Positions 35,451 through 45,221 of a stretch of DNA of 64,000 nucleotides are shown here, piece after piece. Each line of letters opens with the position of its first letter. Position 1 is the stretch's first letter. The notes under the pieces were generated by a model, which saw only the letters and a program-made list of their open reading frames with translations, was not told the DNA's origin and searched no databases. The stretch is from Syntrophorhabdaceae bacterium (GTDB taxonomy: Bacteria > Desulfobacterota > Syntrophorhabdia > Syntrophorhabdales > Syntrophorhabdaceae): contig OY762209.1 in assembly GCA_963665295.1 (NCBI GenBank), positions 800,001-864,000 on the forward strand, read 5' to 3'. Both the position numbers and the translations under genes were made by a program.

Positions 35451-35729
35451 ATGGAAGAAGAAAAGAATGAACAGAGCAAAAAAGTGGCGAAGCTGATCGC
35501 CATGGCTTGGAGTGATGAATCCTTCAAGGAGAGGCTCATGGCAGATCCCCGCGCAGTATTGGAGGCTGAGGGAATTAGTGTTCCACAGGGGGTTGATGTC
35601 AAGGTTGTGGAGCAGACAGACACACAGATCTTTTTCGTGATTCCGAGACCACCAGACAGTGTCAGTGTCACGGATGTTGACACTCGACGTCCTGCCTTCC
35701 CTATGTTATCTAGTTATACTTGTCAATAA
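35451..35729 (+). CDS. NHLP-leader RiPP precursor peptide
   Basis: LIAMAWSDESFKERLMADPRAVL..EGISVP...VKVVEQT...FVIP; short Ser/Thr/Cys tail SSYTCQ; AGGAG RBS. Confidence 0.9.
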   Translation: MEEEKNEQSKKVAKLIAMAWSDESFKERLMADPRAVLEAEGISVPQGVDVKVVEQTDTQIFFVIPRPPDSVSVTDVDTRRPAFPMLSSYTCQ

Positions 35730-35823
35730 ATATGCCATTTTTTACTGTGCAACTGTAGAGAAACGACAGAGACGGTCAAGTCCTTTTAGACAATCCCCGA
35801 CAGCGTTTGCGTGGAGGGAAGTG

Positions 35824-35903
35824 GGGTCAAATCTTTATTCTTGACAAAAGGCGTTTCAGCCGGCCAAAAGTCAAGAATAAACATGAGAATAAAGATTTGA
35901 CCC
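35824..35903. repeat. REP/MITE-like inverted repeat
   Basis: GGGTCAAATCTTTATTC(TTGAC)...(GTCAAGAATAAA)...GAATAAAGATTTGACCC. Confidence 0.75.
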
Positions 35904-36226
35904 TTGGCCCCCGCTCGCCTAGATATTCCCGGTGCCCTTCCCCAAGTCAACTAAGGCTCGTTGGACTATCGAGGAACATTGTTTGGGGGGAACATACGGG
36001 ACGCTCTTGAACTGTTGATTTCTGAGAAGTAAGTGGCGTTGGCGTGGCTTTCTTGCGCAATATCTAAGGCATATTACCGACCACGCGAGAAATTACTACA
36101 TCCAAACGATCGGATAGACCGGGGGACAGGGCTTGTACTCATCCGCTTCCGCTCCTTTCGCCACGGGTGATTGGTGATAGCGGATTATTTGTTATGCCTG
36201 GCGCGTCTCCTAAAATTACTTAGCGC

Positions 36227-36255
36227 TTGCCGTCTAACGCGGGCCGTTATACAAT
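36227..36255 (+). promoter_or_regulatory. higBA promoter with palindromic operator
   Basis: TTGCCG-17-TACAAT containing TAACG...CGTTA. Confidence 0.65.
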
Positions 36256-36269
36256 GAGGCAATAAGGGG

Positions 36270-36551
36270 ATGATAAAGTCATTTAGAGATAAAAAGACTG
36301 AGAAGGTATATACCCGTGAAGGTTCACACAAGCTGCCCCCGGATATGCAGCAGGTGGCACTCAGGAAGCTCCGGATGATAAACAATGCCAAAAGCATGGA
36401 CGATCTGAGAGTGCCTCCCGCAGATAGGCTTGAAAAGCTGAAGGGCGACCGGGATGGGCAACTCGGTATAAGAATCAACGACCAATGGCGTATCTGCTTT
36501 GTCTGGAAGGACGACGACGCCGGCGAAGTTGAGATAAGGGACTATCATTAG
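36270..36551 (+). CDS. higB: HigB (RelE-fold) toxin
   Basis: MIKSFRDKKTE, DLRVPP.RLEKLKGDR.GQ..IRINDQWRICF, DYH. Confidence 0.95.
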   Translation: MIKSFRDKKTEKVYTREGSHKLPPDMQQVALRKLRMINNAKSMDDLRVPPADRLEKLKGDRDGQLGIRINDQWRICFVWKDDDAGEVEIRDYH

Positions 36552-36561
36552 GAGGAGTGTC

Positions 36562-36873
36562 ATGAAGAAAGCTCTGCACCCGGTGCATCCCGGAGAGGTC
36601 CTTTTGGAGGAATTCCTAAAGCCTCTCGACATAAGCCAAAACAGGCTCGCCCTCTCCATTGGCGTACCTGCACGCCGGATAAATGAGATAGTGCTCGAAA
36701 AAAGGCGTGTTACCGCCGATACGGCCTTGAGGCTCGCGCGGTTTTTCGGCAACTCCGCCGAATTCTGGCTGGGCCTCCAGGCGCAGTATGACCTCGATCT
36801 CGCCGCAGAGGCCCTGGGTGACCGCCTCACCAAGGAGGTGAGGACCTACGCGGATACCGGGACCGGGACATAG
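36562..36873 (+). CDS. higA: HigA antitoxin
   Basis: HPGEVLLEEFLKP, RRINEIV, TADTALRLARFFG, FWLGLQ. Confidence 0.95.
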   Translation: MKKALHPVHPGEVLLEEFLKPLDISQNRLALSIGVPARRINEIVLEKRRVTADTALRLARFFGNSAEFWLGLQAQYDLDLAAEALGDRLTKEVRTYADTGTGT

Positions 36874-36962
36874 GATTCAAATAGGATGATGTAATGTAAA
36901 CAACCTTATCTTACCGCGCTCACGTGTGAGGCGTGCGTCGATTGGACGAGCCGGTGTGCGCG

Positions 36963-37028
36963 TTATTAAAGGCTTGTGCCGTATCGTTTAATACGCATAT
37001 CCAACACGCAAGAAAGTTTATTAAGAAG
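36963..37028 (+). repeat. Fic promoter/operator element, decayed orphan copy 2
   Basis: TTATTAAA...TATCGTTTAATA...GCAAGAAAGTTTATTAAGAAG; homologous to 14187-14252. Confidence 0.7.
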
Positions 37029-37048
37029 GCCGTCTCAAAATCGACAAA

Positions 37049-37201
37049 TAGCCACAGCATTCTGCCGAGCCTTGTGCTTACCTCCTTGAGCCGAGGGAGT
37101 TCCTGGAGATACTTCTCACTTCCGACACGAAGACCGCACAGAGGGCCTGTATCGCAGTTCAAGTTGATGAGTTGATCGGAGGTGGAGGACTAAACTGTTA
37201 C
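37049..37201 (+). pseudogene. 3' remnant of a divergent IS66 relative
   Basis: SHSILPSLVLTS...EFLEILLTSDTKTAQ...LYR, ending in the same IR GGACTAAACTGTTAC. Confidence 0.75.
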
Positions 37202-37275
37202 ATCAGGGAGGGGTACGGATGTCAAGGGAATTTGATTATTTCACGGACGTCCCTAATGTCCCCCCTAATGTCCCC
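37202..37275 (-). repeat. Isolated left end of a Y1-HUH element
   Basis: Reverse complement matches the upstream regions at 48939-48989 and 60436-60486; tandem CCCTAATGTCCC repeats. Confidence 0.8.
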
Positions 37276-37555
37276 CTTCACGTTCCTTCGCTATCCGGGA
37301 GTACCACCTACCAACAACCAGGCAGAACAGTCGATCCGCTTCCTGGTGATCATGAGGAAGCTCATGTTCGGTACGCGGTCGGCAACGGGACTGAAGACCC
37401 ACAGTATCCTGCCGAGTCTCATCATTACTTCCATGAGGCAAGGGAACGATCCACGGAAGTTCCTGGAGACGCTCCTGGTGTCGGATACCGTGACGGCACA
37501 GGCGGCACTGTATCGCAATGGGGCGAGGGCTCCGTGAGGGGGACTAAACTGTTAC
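37276..37555 (+). mobile_element. IS66 3' fragment of the same element as copies A-D
   Basis: FTFLRYPGVPPTNNQAEQ...GARAP plus terminal IR. Confidence 0.95.
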
Positions 37556-37759
37556 AGGATAAAAGGAATCAAACCTGCCCCCGCAGGGGGCTATTACAAC
37601 ATTCGGGACTGGTTCATTTCCTCACCATAGAGTCAGGGGCTCGGGAAAACCTCTTAGCGACGGGTAACTGTCCCTACTCCGGAAAAAGGGCGCAATGGTG
37701 TTCATAACCCCTCTGCCTTGAAGAAATGCTCTTGCTCATGTGTCAGCTTCGAAAGCTCT

Positions 37760-37865
37760 TCTGACGGAATTGTATACCATTTCTGATAGTTCCGTCAGAC
37801 GAACTGCGTTCTCTTATCATAACATAGTGATTTTACACCATTTATCATTCAGGCATAATTCTTGC
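37760..37865 (+). promoter_or_regulatory. Sigma-54 promoter with upstream activator palindrome and IHF-like site
   Basis: AGGCATAATTCTTGC (GG-N10-GC) at 37851-37865; TCTGACGGAA...TTCCGTCAGA at 37760-37799; TAACATAGTGATT between them. Confidence 0.75.
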
Positions 37866-38022
37866 CTCTGACAATTGACATGCCGCTGGCACATGACAAT
37901 CGGGAATCTCGAAAATGCGGGTACAGTGGACGGTCGGGAAACGGGCCTTGGGTGGCGGCAAAGGAGCCCGCTTGACGAGGCATTTATGTGCCGCATTCAT
38001 ACGCAACTGACGAGGAAGACAA

Positions 38023-38712
38023 ATGGGTAAGAATGGAAATGCAGGGTTATGTAAGATCGGGGTCTACATCTGTAATTGCGGCGCAAACTTCGGACCGGCC
38101 GCGGACGTGCACGCAATCTCCGAGTTCGCCTTCACCCTTCCCGGAGTGGCGCTGGTAAGGGAACAGCAGTACATATGTGCGGAGGGGGGACAACAGATCA
38201 TCCGCCAGGACATACCAGTCTCTCTTCTCGACCGGTTACTCATTGTAGCCTGCTCTCCGCAGGCCTACCAGGCGGCCATCTTGGACGCTGCCGCGCGGGC
38301 GGGTCTGAACCCGTTCTATGTCGCTATGGTGAATATCTGGGGACTCGAGACTACGACGGTAATCCGCCTGGTAAAGGCCACCGTCGCCCGCCTGGCGAGG
38401 ATGGAAGATCTGCTCCTGCGCAACAAGCCGGTGATGCCGGTCGCAGTGGTGGTTGCCGGTGACCAGGCCGGGATCGAGTCCGCACGAAATATGGCAGATG
38501 ACGGCTATAAGGTTTATCTGGTGGTAACCCGACCGTCGGCGGCCGGGCCTGATACTCAGCCCGGCGGAAAGTGTCCTCTCCCTTTTAATCCGGAGTGTAC
38601 CGAGTGCTGGATAGGTCCGGAAAACGTGATGGACGCCTGCCGGCATCCCAATATTACGCTGCTTACGTGCAGCGAATCAGGTTCACGGGTGGTGTTCATG
38701 GAAAACATGTAA
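38023..38712 (+). CDS. Truncated HdrA-like protein (N-terminal part only)
   Basis: KIGVYICNCGAN, YICAEGGQ, IVACSP, AGLNPF, RHPNITLLT.SE; Rossmann motif degenerate (VVAGDQAG). Confidence 0.8.
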   Translation: MGKNGNAGLCKIGVYICNCGANFGPAADVHAISEFAFTLPGVALVREQQYICAEGGQQIIRQDIPVSLLDRLLIVACSPQAYQAAILDAAARAGLNPFYVAMVNIWGLETTTVIRLVKATVARLARMEDLLLRNKPVMPVAVVVAGDQAGIESARNMADDGYKVYLVVTRPSAAGPDTQPGGKCPLPFNPECTECWIGPENVMDACRHPNITLLTCSESGSRVVFMENM

Positions 38713-38841
38713 CGGCCGGAGCTTCAGACACCCCGGCCTTTAGATTGATCGCAGGAAAGCATAACGGTGTCCGCTCCGCCGCATCCAAAGCGGCGAAGAA
38801 AGAGCCGTCTCACATCGGATCCCGCAGGAGGTGCTAAGAAC

Positions 38842-39663
38842 ATGCATATCATCGTTTGTATCAAAATGGTTCCGGATACGACACAGGTCAAAATCGACCC
38901 GGTCACAAACACATTGGTGCGGGAGGGCATCCCGTTCATAACGAATCCCTTTGACGCCCCCGCGGTTGAAGAAGCCCTGAAGATAAAGGACCAACACGGG
39001 GCCAAAGTAACTATTCTCTCCATGGGGCCGCCCACCGCCGACGCCGTGATACGTAAGGCAATCGCCATGGGCGCCGACGAAGGCGTTCTCCTGAGCGACA
39101 GGGTATTCGGAGGCGCCGACACGCTCGCCACGAGCAAGGTCCTCGCCCACGCGATAAGTGAACTGTCCAAGGCGGACATGGTTGACATTGTGATGTGCGG
39201 CCGGCAAACCATAGACGGGGATACCGCCCAGGTGGGTCCGGGTATTGCAACCCGGCTCGGCTTTTCACAGATTACGCTGGTCGACAAGGTAATTTCAGTG
39301 GACAGCGAAGGAAAGAAGATAACGGTAAGAAGGAAGACGGACGAGTATCACGAGGTTGTCGAAGCCAAATGGCCCGCCCTGATCACCATAGAAAGGGAGG
39401 CAAATACGCCCCGGTATCCCTCCATTCCCCGTCGCCTGTACGCCGAAGACGTGACTATCCCCGTGTGGAACAACTATTTCTTCAGACTGGATCCCGAGAC
39501 CATCGGCTTGAAGGGCTCTCCGACCTTCGTGAAACGCATCTTTGCCCCGGAGGTAAGAAAAGGCGAGATCTTCACAGGAAACGGGGAAGGCCCTCAGGGG
39601 ATGGCAAACGTGATCCTGGAGAAGCTTGACGAATGGAAGGTGACGAATGTCGACCACAGGTAA
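38842..39663 (+). CDS. etfB: Electron transfer flavoprotein beta subunit
   Basis: MHIIVCIKMVPDT, NPFD, SMGPP, GGADTLAT, DGDTAQVG; AGGAGG RBS. Confidence 0.95.
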   Translation: MHIIVCIKMVPDTTQVKIDPVTNTLVREGIPFITNPFDAPAVEEALKIKDQHGAKVTILSMGPPTADAVIRKAIAMGADEGVLLSDRVFGGADTLATSKVLAHAISELSKADMVDIVMCGRQTIDGDTAQVGPGIATRLGFSQITLVDKVISVDSEGKKITVRRKTDEYHEVVEAKWPALITIEREANTPRYPSIPRRLYAEDVTIPVWNNYFFRLDPETIGLKGSPTFVKRIFAPEVRKGEIFTGNGEGPQGMANVILEKLDEWKVTNVDHR

Positions 39664-40945
39664 GAAGAAAAGGGCGAAGTGGCAGATACGGCTGGCGCCG
39701 GACAAGTGTATTGCCTGCGGGAAATGTGAGCCCATCTGTCCCGCGGATGCGGTGGAGTATGATCTGAAGGGTGTGCCGGTCATCGATGCCGAAAAGTGTA
39801 CCGGCTGCAGAAAGTGCGTAAGGATGTGCCCTGCCGAATGCCTTGAAGCATTGGCGCTTGCCGGGGAGGGTCCTGTGGGCGCTGAAGAAACCGACGCTCC
39901 CGAGGTTGAATCGGCTGCTCCCACAAACGGGTCTTGGAAAGGCGTGTGGGTATTCGTCGAGCTTCAGGACGGGAAAGCGAACCAGGTCTCCTGGGAACTG
40001 CTGGGGGTAGGGAAGACGCTGGCCCGGGATCTCGACGTGGATCTCTCGGCGGTGATTCTCGGCGACAGGGTGGAGCACTTTATCATGGAGGCTTTCGGGT
40101 ATGGGGCCGACAAGGTCTACGTCATTGACGACCCGGTTCTGAAGCTCTACCGGACCAAGCCCTACCTTGACAGTTTGGTATATCTGGCCAACAAGCATCG
40201 CCCGGAGATTGTTCTTATAGGAGCTACGCCGCAGGGGCGGGACCTCGCCGGAGCCATTTCGACCGTGCTCAATACAGGGCTCACCGCCGACTGTACGGGT
40301 CTCGGCATAGACAAAGCCAGAAGGCTCCTGGAGCAGACGCGTCCCGCCTTCGGCGGCAATGTAATGGCCACAATTCTTACCGAGCACGCTCGTCCCCAGA
40401 TGGCGTCGGTCAGGCCCAGGGTCATGCCCGTGCCCCCATTTCTTGAGGGGAGGGCGGGCGAGCTTATCAGGGAGTCGATTATTCTCAACGAGGAAGATAT
40501 TGCAACAAAAATCCTTGAAATGACACGTATAAGGTCTGAAACGGACGTAGACATCCGTGCCACAGATATTATTGTGAGCGGCGGGAAAGGCATGCTGGAG
40601 AAAAAGAACTTCGCCTTGCTCGAGGAACTCGCCGGCGTGCTCGGGGGAGTCGTAGGAGCATCCAGGTGCGCGGTGGACGCGGGATGGATGTCCTACGACA
40701 GACAGGTAGGCCAGACAGGCAAAACGGTGCGTCCGAAACTCTATGTCGCGTGCGGCATCTCGGGAGCCATTCAGCACCTGGTGGGGATGCAGAACGCCGA
40801 ACACATCATCGCGATCAACAAAGACAGGAATGCGCCCATATTTGAAGTCGCTCACGTGGGGATAGTGGGCGACCTGTTTGAGATTATACCGAGCCTCCTT
40901 GACAGCCTGAAAAGAAAAGGCGGAGAGGCCATCCCAAAAACGTGA
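39647..40945 (+). CDS. etfA: ETF alpha subunit with N-terminal 2x[4Fe-4S] ferredoxin domain
   Basis: CIACGKCEPICP, CTGCRKCVRMCP, GLTADCT, QVGQTGKTVRP, GISGAIQH. Confidence 0.95.
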   Translation: MSTTGKKKRAKWQIRLAPDKCIACGKCEPICPADAVEYDLKGVPVIDAEKCTGCRKCVRMCPAECLEALALAGEGPVGAEETDAPEVESAAPTNGSWKGVWVFVELQDGKANQVSWELLGVGKTLARDLDVDLSAVILGDRVEHFIMEAFGYGADKVYVIDDPVLKLYRTKPYLDSLVYLANKHRPEIVLIGATPQGRDLAGAISTVLNTGLTADCTGLGIDKARRLLEQTRPAFGGNVMATILTEHARPQMASVRPRVMPVPPFLEGRAGELIRESIILNEEDIATKILEMTRIRSETDVDIRATDIIVSGGKGMLEKKNFALLEELAGVLGGVVGASRCAVDAGWMSYDRQVGQTGKTVRPKLYVACGISGAIQHLVGMQNAEHIIAINKDRNAPIFEVAHVGIVGDLFEIIPSLLDSLKRKGGEAIPKT

Positions 40946-40958
40946 GAAAGGAGCCTGT

Positions 40959-43025
40959 ATGACAACGCTTGAATCAGTTATTTTTGCGGTGCTGCTGCTG
41001 ATTTGTCTCGTCATATTTCTAAGGAGGCTCTACACGCTTGTGGCGCTGGTCTCTCTCGGGAAGTGGGAAAACAGATTCGATCATTTGTGGCAGAGGCTCA
41101 ACGGAATGGTGAGTTACGGTTTTTTTCAGAAACGTGTCATCAAAAGACCTTTCGGCCTGAACCACTTCTTCCTCTTCTGGGGTTTTGTGGTGTTGTTTCT
41201 TGTGAACGTGGAGTTTGTCGTGGCCGGTATATTTCCGAAGTTTTCTCTCGATTTTATCGGGGAGGGGCCTTACAGGGCGCTCTTTTCCCTTGCGGATATA
41301 ATGTCGGTGGTAGTGTTGGCCGCTGTGGTAATTGCCGTCGCAAGGAGGACATTTTTCAGGCCTCCCTATATAGAGGCAACCCCTGAAGCCTACGTGATTC
41401 TCTCAGCTGTGGGCATGCTGATGATCGCCTTTTTCGGGATGAATGCGGCGGCGGCGGCCATAAGCCCCGGGTCGCGTGCCTACATGCCGGTCTCTTCGGC
41501 CCTGTCGGTCCTTATCCCTGCGAACACCGGCCACGACACCTTAAGCCTTTTATCGAGAGTGTTCTGGTGGGCACATGCCGCCGTGTTTCTCTTCTTTCTG
41601 GACTTCATTCCCTTCAGCAAACATCTCCATATTCTCGCTTCTCTTCCCAACTGTTTCTTCCGGAGCCTCTCGTTTGTCAGTTCCCTGCCCAGGATGGTCT
41701 TCCGGGCAAACTCTGCGTTCGGGGTCTCCAGGATCAACCAATTCTCCTGGAAAGATCTCCTTGATTTCCTGGCGTGCACTGAGTGCGGGAGATGTCAGTC
41801 CGTCTGTCCCGCCGGCGCGGCGGGCAAGACGCTGAACCCCAGGGAAGTAATTCTCCACGGCAAGAAGAATCTCTTTGACAACGGCAGCAGTTTACTGGCG
41901 TCGAGGCCGTCCGACACATTGGGAAGAGTCGGCGAGACCATCGATGTGAACGTGCCTATCATCGGAAGCGGCGAGGCGACCATCCCTCCTGAGGCCTTGT
42001 GGGCGTGCACCACCTGTGGTGCGTGCATGGACGTATGCCCTGTATTCATAGAGCACACGCCGAAACTCTTGTGGATGAGAAGGCATCTTGTGATGGAGAA
42101 GGTTGAGTTCCCGGGCGAGCTTACTTCTTTCTTCGAAAACATGGAACAGAGGTCGAATCCATGGGGCCTTGCGCCGTCTGACAGGGCGAAGTGGACCCAG
42201 AACCTTTCCGTGCCCCACTTTTCCGAAAAAGAAGGGCATGAGTACCTTCTGTATACCGGGTGCCTGGGGGCGTATGATTCCCGGGCAAAGAAGGTGACGG
42301 TGGCTCTCGTGGAGGTTCTTCGGGACGCCGGCATATCCTTCGGCATTCTCGGCTCCGAGGAAATGTGCTGCGGCGACGCCATGAGAAGGCTGGGCAACGA
42401 GTACATCTTCGACAGGATGGCCCGTGCGAACGTGAGCCTGTTCAGAAAAATAGGGGCCCGCAAGGTCATCACGACATGCCCCCACTGTTACAATACCCTT
42501 AAGAACGACTATCGGGAGTATGGGGCCGACTTCGACGTCTTTCACCACAGCGAGATAATAGACAGAGTCTCTAAGAAAGGCATCTTCAAGGCCAATGACA
42601 AGTTCAAAAACGAGCGCATAGTTATCCATGACTCATGCTATCTTGCCCGCTACAACGACAAAGTTGAGGAACCGCGGCGCGTTATCCGGAGTGTGGCCGG
42701 CAAACCACCCATAGAAATGCGGAACAATGGACGGGACGGGTTTTGCTGTGGCGCCGGCGGAGGAAGGATGTGGCTGGAAGAAACCCCGGACGCCAGAGTG
42801 AACAGGGAGCGCACAAGGCAGGCCCTGAAGGAAAAGCCCACGATTGTGGCGGTGTCCTGTCCGTTCTGCATAACCATGTTCGAGGATGGTCTGAAAGAAG
42901 ACGACGCGGCAGGGACAATAAGGGTAATGGATATCGGGGAGCTTTTTCATGAAGGCATGGCGTGTATGACCGCAAAAGAAACAGAAACGGATAGGATGAA
43001 CCGGAAAGGGGTTGTCAATGGGTGA
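40959..43025 (+). CDS. Membrane FeS/CCG oxidoreductase (ETF:quinone oxidoreductase, EMO/FadF/HdrF-like)
   Basis: TM cytochrome-b-like region with SKHLH; CTECGRCQSVCP, CTTCGACMDVCP, CCGD, HDSCYL, CCGAGGG. Confidence 0.9.
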   Translation: MTTLESVIFAVLLLICLVIFLRRLYTLVALVSLGKWENRFDHLWQRLNGMVSYGFFQKRVIKRPFGLNHFFLFWGFVVLFLVNVEFVVAGIFPKFSLDFIGEGPYRALFSLADIMSVVVLAAVVIAVARRTFFRPPYIEATPEAYVILSAVGMLMIAFFGMNAAAAAISPGSRAYMPVSSALSVLIPANTGHDTLSLLSRVFWWAHAAVFLFFLDFIPFSKHLHILASLPNCFFRSLSFVSSLPRMVFRANSAFGVSRINQFSWKDLLDFLACTECGRCQSVCPAGAAGKTLNPREVILHGKKNLFDNGSSLLASRPSDTLGRVGETIDVNVPIIGSGEATIPPEALWACTTCGACMDVCPVFIEHTPKLLWMRRHLVMEKVEFPGELTSFFENMEQRSNPWGLAPSDRAKWTQNLSVPHFSEKEGHEYLLYTGCLGAYDSRAKKVTVALVEVLRDAGISFGILGSEEMCCGDAMRRLGNEYIFDRMARANVSLFRKIGARKVITTCPHCYNTLKNDYREYGADFDVFHHSEIIDRVSKKGIFKANDKFKNERIVIHDSCYLARYNDKVEEPRRVIRSVAGKPPIEMRNNGRDGFCCGAGGGRMWLEETPDARVNRERTRQALKEKPTIVAVSCPFCITMFEDGLKEDDAAGTIRVMDIGELFHEGMACMTAKETETDRMNRKGVVNG

Positions 43026-43378
43026 AGATGCCCGGTCCGTGATATGGTCTGCGGTGAAGAATTCTGTGATTCGCGGCGTACCGCAGGTGATCGTCTTCCT
43101 CATCGACAGTGTTATTGCGGGAGAAAAAGCGAGCAACCAGATTTGGCAGTCATCCGGGCTCACGGCGCCTGCATTCCGACGGGGAAGCGGGCAGCCTTTC
43201 CTCCCGGCCTTGAATCGGCTGACAACGGGCCTCGGCCTTCCCCCTGGTCCGGGCTAATGTATCTTCTGTGGTGCTTGCACCTCCCGATTGCGACCTCGCG
43301 GACAGGCCGGAAGAGTCAACGCGGGGTGATGAACGGAAAGAGAAGAAGGATGAAGAATACTATCAGGAGGTAACCGAG

Positions 43379-45109
43379 ATGGCAGAGAGTGTAATTATGC
43401 GCCAACAATCACCTAATGAACCATCGGGAAAGGAGAAGGCGGGCGTTACAGAAACACAGCCGGAACCCGACGGCCGCCTCTCCTTAGGCCACGGATCGGA
43501 AATGATGGAACCGATTTACAGTCCGGGGAACGGCGCGACTATTCCCGACGATTTCATGACCCTCGTGAACAGGGACTACGCTTACGAATTCGCCAGCGAC
43601 GCCTACTGCAGCATCCTCGGGAGAGCCCGGCATCACGTAATCAAGAATTCCATGATGAACGTGTGGGGAGAAGAGACATTCACCACGGTCATAAAGAAGT
43701 GCCTGGACAGATGTTTTGCGGGCGAAGAAGTCCACCAGGAAGGCTGGGTCTATCTCCCCGGCCAGGGACTGAGATACTTTCATGCCTCATATTACCCGTA
43801 TTTTGATGACCAGGGCGGCATCACCCATGCGGTGGCGGGTCTGTATGACAACACGGAGCGTAAAGTCGAGGAGGAGACACTCAAGAAGGGCGAGGCACAC
43901 TTCAGGATGATGCTGAAGCAAATGCATTTCGGCGTGTTCTCATTCGATGCCGAAGGGTGGTTCACTTTTGTAAATGACGTGGTCGTCGAAAGGACAGGAT
44001 ATCCTCGGGAATGGTTCGCGGCAAGAAGCCTGGTCGGTTTCGTGCGCCGTGAGGAAAGGGATGAGGTAAGGCGCCATTTTGAGGCCTCACTGCGAGGAGC
44101 GCTGGTGCCGCCATATGAATTTGCCTACTATGACGCTCAGGGGAACCTTGTCTGGGTTGAGGTCAATACTACCCCGATTCGTGAAGCAGGACAGGTGACG
44201 GGAGTCCTCGGCGTGTTACTCGATATTACGAGACGCAAGAAAGCGGATCAGGCCCTGAAAGAGAGCGAAGAGAAGTTCAGAATGCTCTTCGAAGACTCGA
44301 AGGATGCCATATTTATTGCAAACCGAAAAGGCCTGCTCACTGATGTCAACAGGTCATATCTGGAACTCTTCAGATGCAAACGAGAAGAAGCGATCGGGAC
44401 GGATGTCGTCCACGCGTACGTAAACTCCGGTGATAGGGAGGAGTGCGTGAGGGCAATCGAAGAAAAGGGTTTTGTGAAAGATTTTGAGTTGAAGTTGAAG
44501 AAGAGCAACGGATCGGTCATGGACTGCCTCCTCACCGGAACTGCCCAACGCGACGCTTACGGAACCATCGTGAGGTACCAGGGTATCATAAGGGATGTAA
44601 CGGAGCAGAAAAGAATGGAACAGGCGCTGCTGGACAGCGAACAGAAACTGACGAACATAGTCTGCGGATCGCCGATCCCCCAGTTCGTGATCGACAAGAA
44701 CCACACAGTGACGCATTGGAACAAAGCACTCGAACTGCTGAGCGGGATCAAGGCGGCGGAAGTGGTGGGGACAAAGCGGCACTGGAAGGCGTTCTACCGG
44801 TGCGAAAGGCCCTGCATTGCCGATCTGCTCGTAGATACAGCCCTGGAGGAGGCGCCCAGGTGGTACGAGAATGGGGACCGCAATTCCGAAACAATGGATG
44901 ACGCATACAGAGCCATAGAATTTTTCCGGGAAATTGGAGACAAAGGAAAATGGCTGTATTTCACGGCCGCGGCGCTCAGGGACTCCAAGGGAAAAGTGGT
45001 GGGAGCGCTGGAGACCCTGGAAGATATCACCGACCACAAGCTTGCGGAGGAAGCGGTCAGGAAGGCCGCTGACAATGCAACGGTAATGCTTTCAGTAATT
45101 GATAGATAG
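43379..45109 (+). CDS. Multi-PAS sensor protein without an output domain
   Basis: About four PAS/PAC units (DNTERK, DITRRK, DVTEQK, DITDHK); ends with no kinase or cyclase domain. Confidence 0.85.
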   Translation: MAESVIMRQQSPNEPSGKEKAGVTETQPEPDGRLSLGHGSEMMEPIYSPGNGATIPDDFMTLVNRDYAYEFASDAYCSILGRARHHVIKNSMMNVWGEETFTTVIKKCLDRCFAGEEVHQEGWVYLPGQGLRYFHASYYPYFDDQGGITHAVAGLYDNTERKVEEETLKKGEAHFRMMLKQMHFGVFSFDAEGWFTFVNDVVVERTGYPREWFAARSLVGFVRREERDEVRRHFEASLRGALVPPYEFAYYDAQGNLVWVEVNTTPIREAGQVTGVLGVLLDITRRKKADQALKESEEKFRMLFEDSKDAIFIANRKGLLTDVNRSYLELFRCKREEAIGTDVVHAYVNSGDREECVRAIEEKGFVKDFELKLKKSNGSVMDCLLTGTAQRDAYGTIVRYQGIIRDVTEQKRMEQALLDSEQKLTNIVCGSPIPQFVIDKNHTVTHWNKALELLSGIKAAEVVGTKRHWKAFYRCERPCIADLLVDTALEEAPRWYENGDRNSETMDDAYRAIEFFREIGDKGKWLYFTAAALRDSKGKVVGALETLEDITDHKLAEEAVRKAADNATVMLSVIDR

Positions 45110-45221
45110 AAGGCTGAGCAGAGCGTGCATGATGGGACCTGAGGATCATATTTTTCTTGCAAAAAGAAATAGAAAGTGTCAATGTCACATTAGGGACAGT
45201 CTGTACGTCCGGAGGTAATCC

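Noticed and set aside
36120..36900. higBA as an integron cassette
   Set aside because: Only a GTTATGC core-like word upstream; no convincing attC downstream and no intI in the window
39572..41014. Long antisense ORFs (480 aa here; also 54022-55410, 2253-2987, 56515-57255, 57586-58308 and the 213-aa ORFs in IS66)
   Set aside because: Shadow frames opposite well-supported genes, with no recognisable motifs
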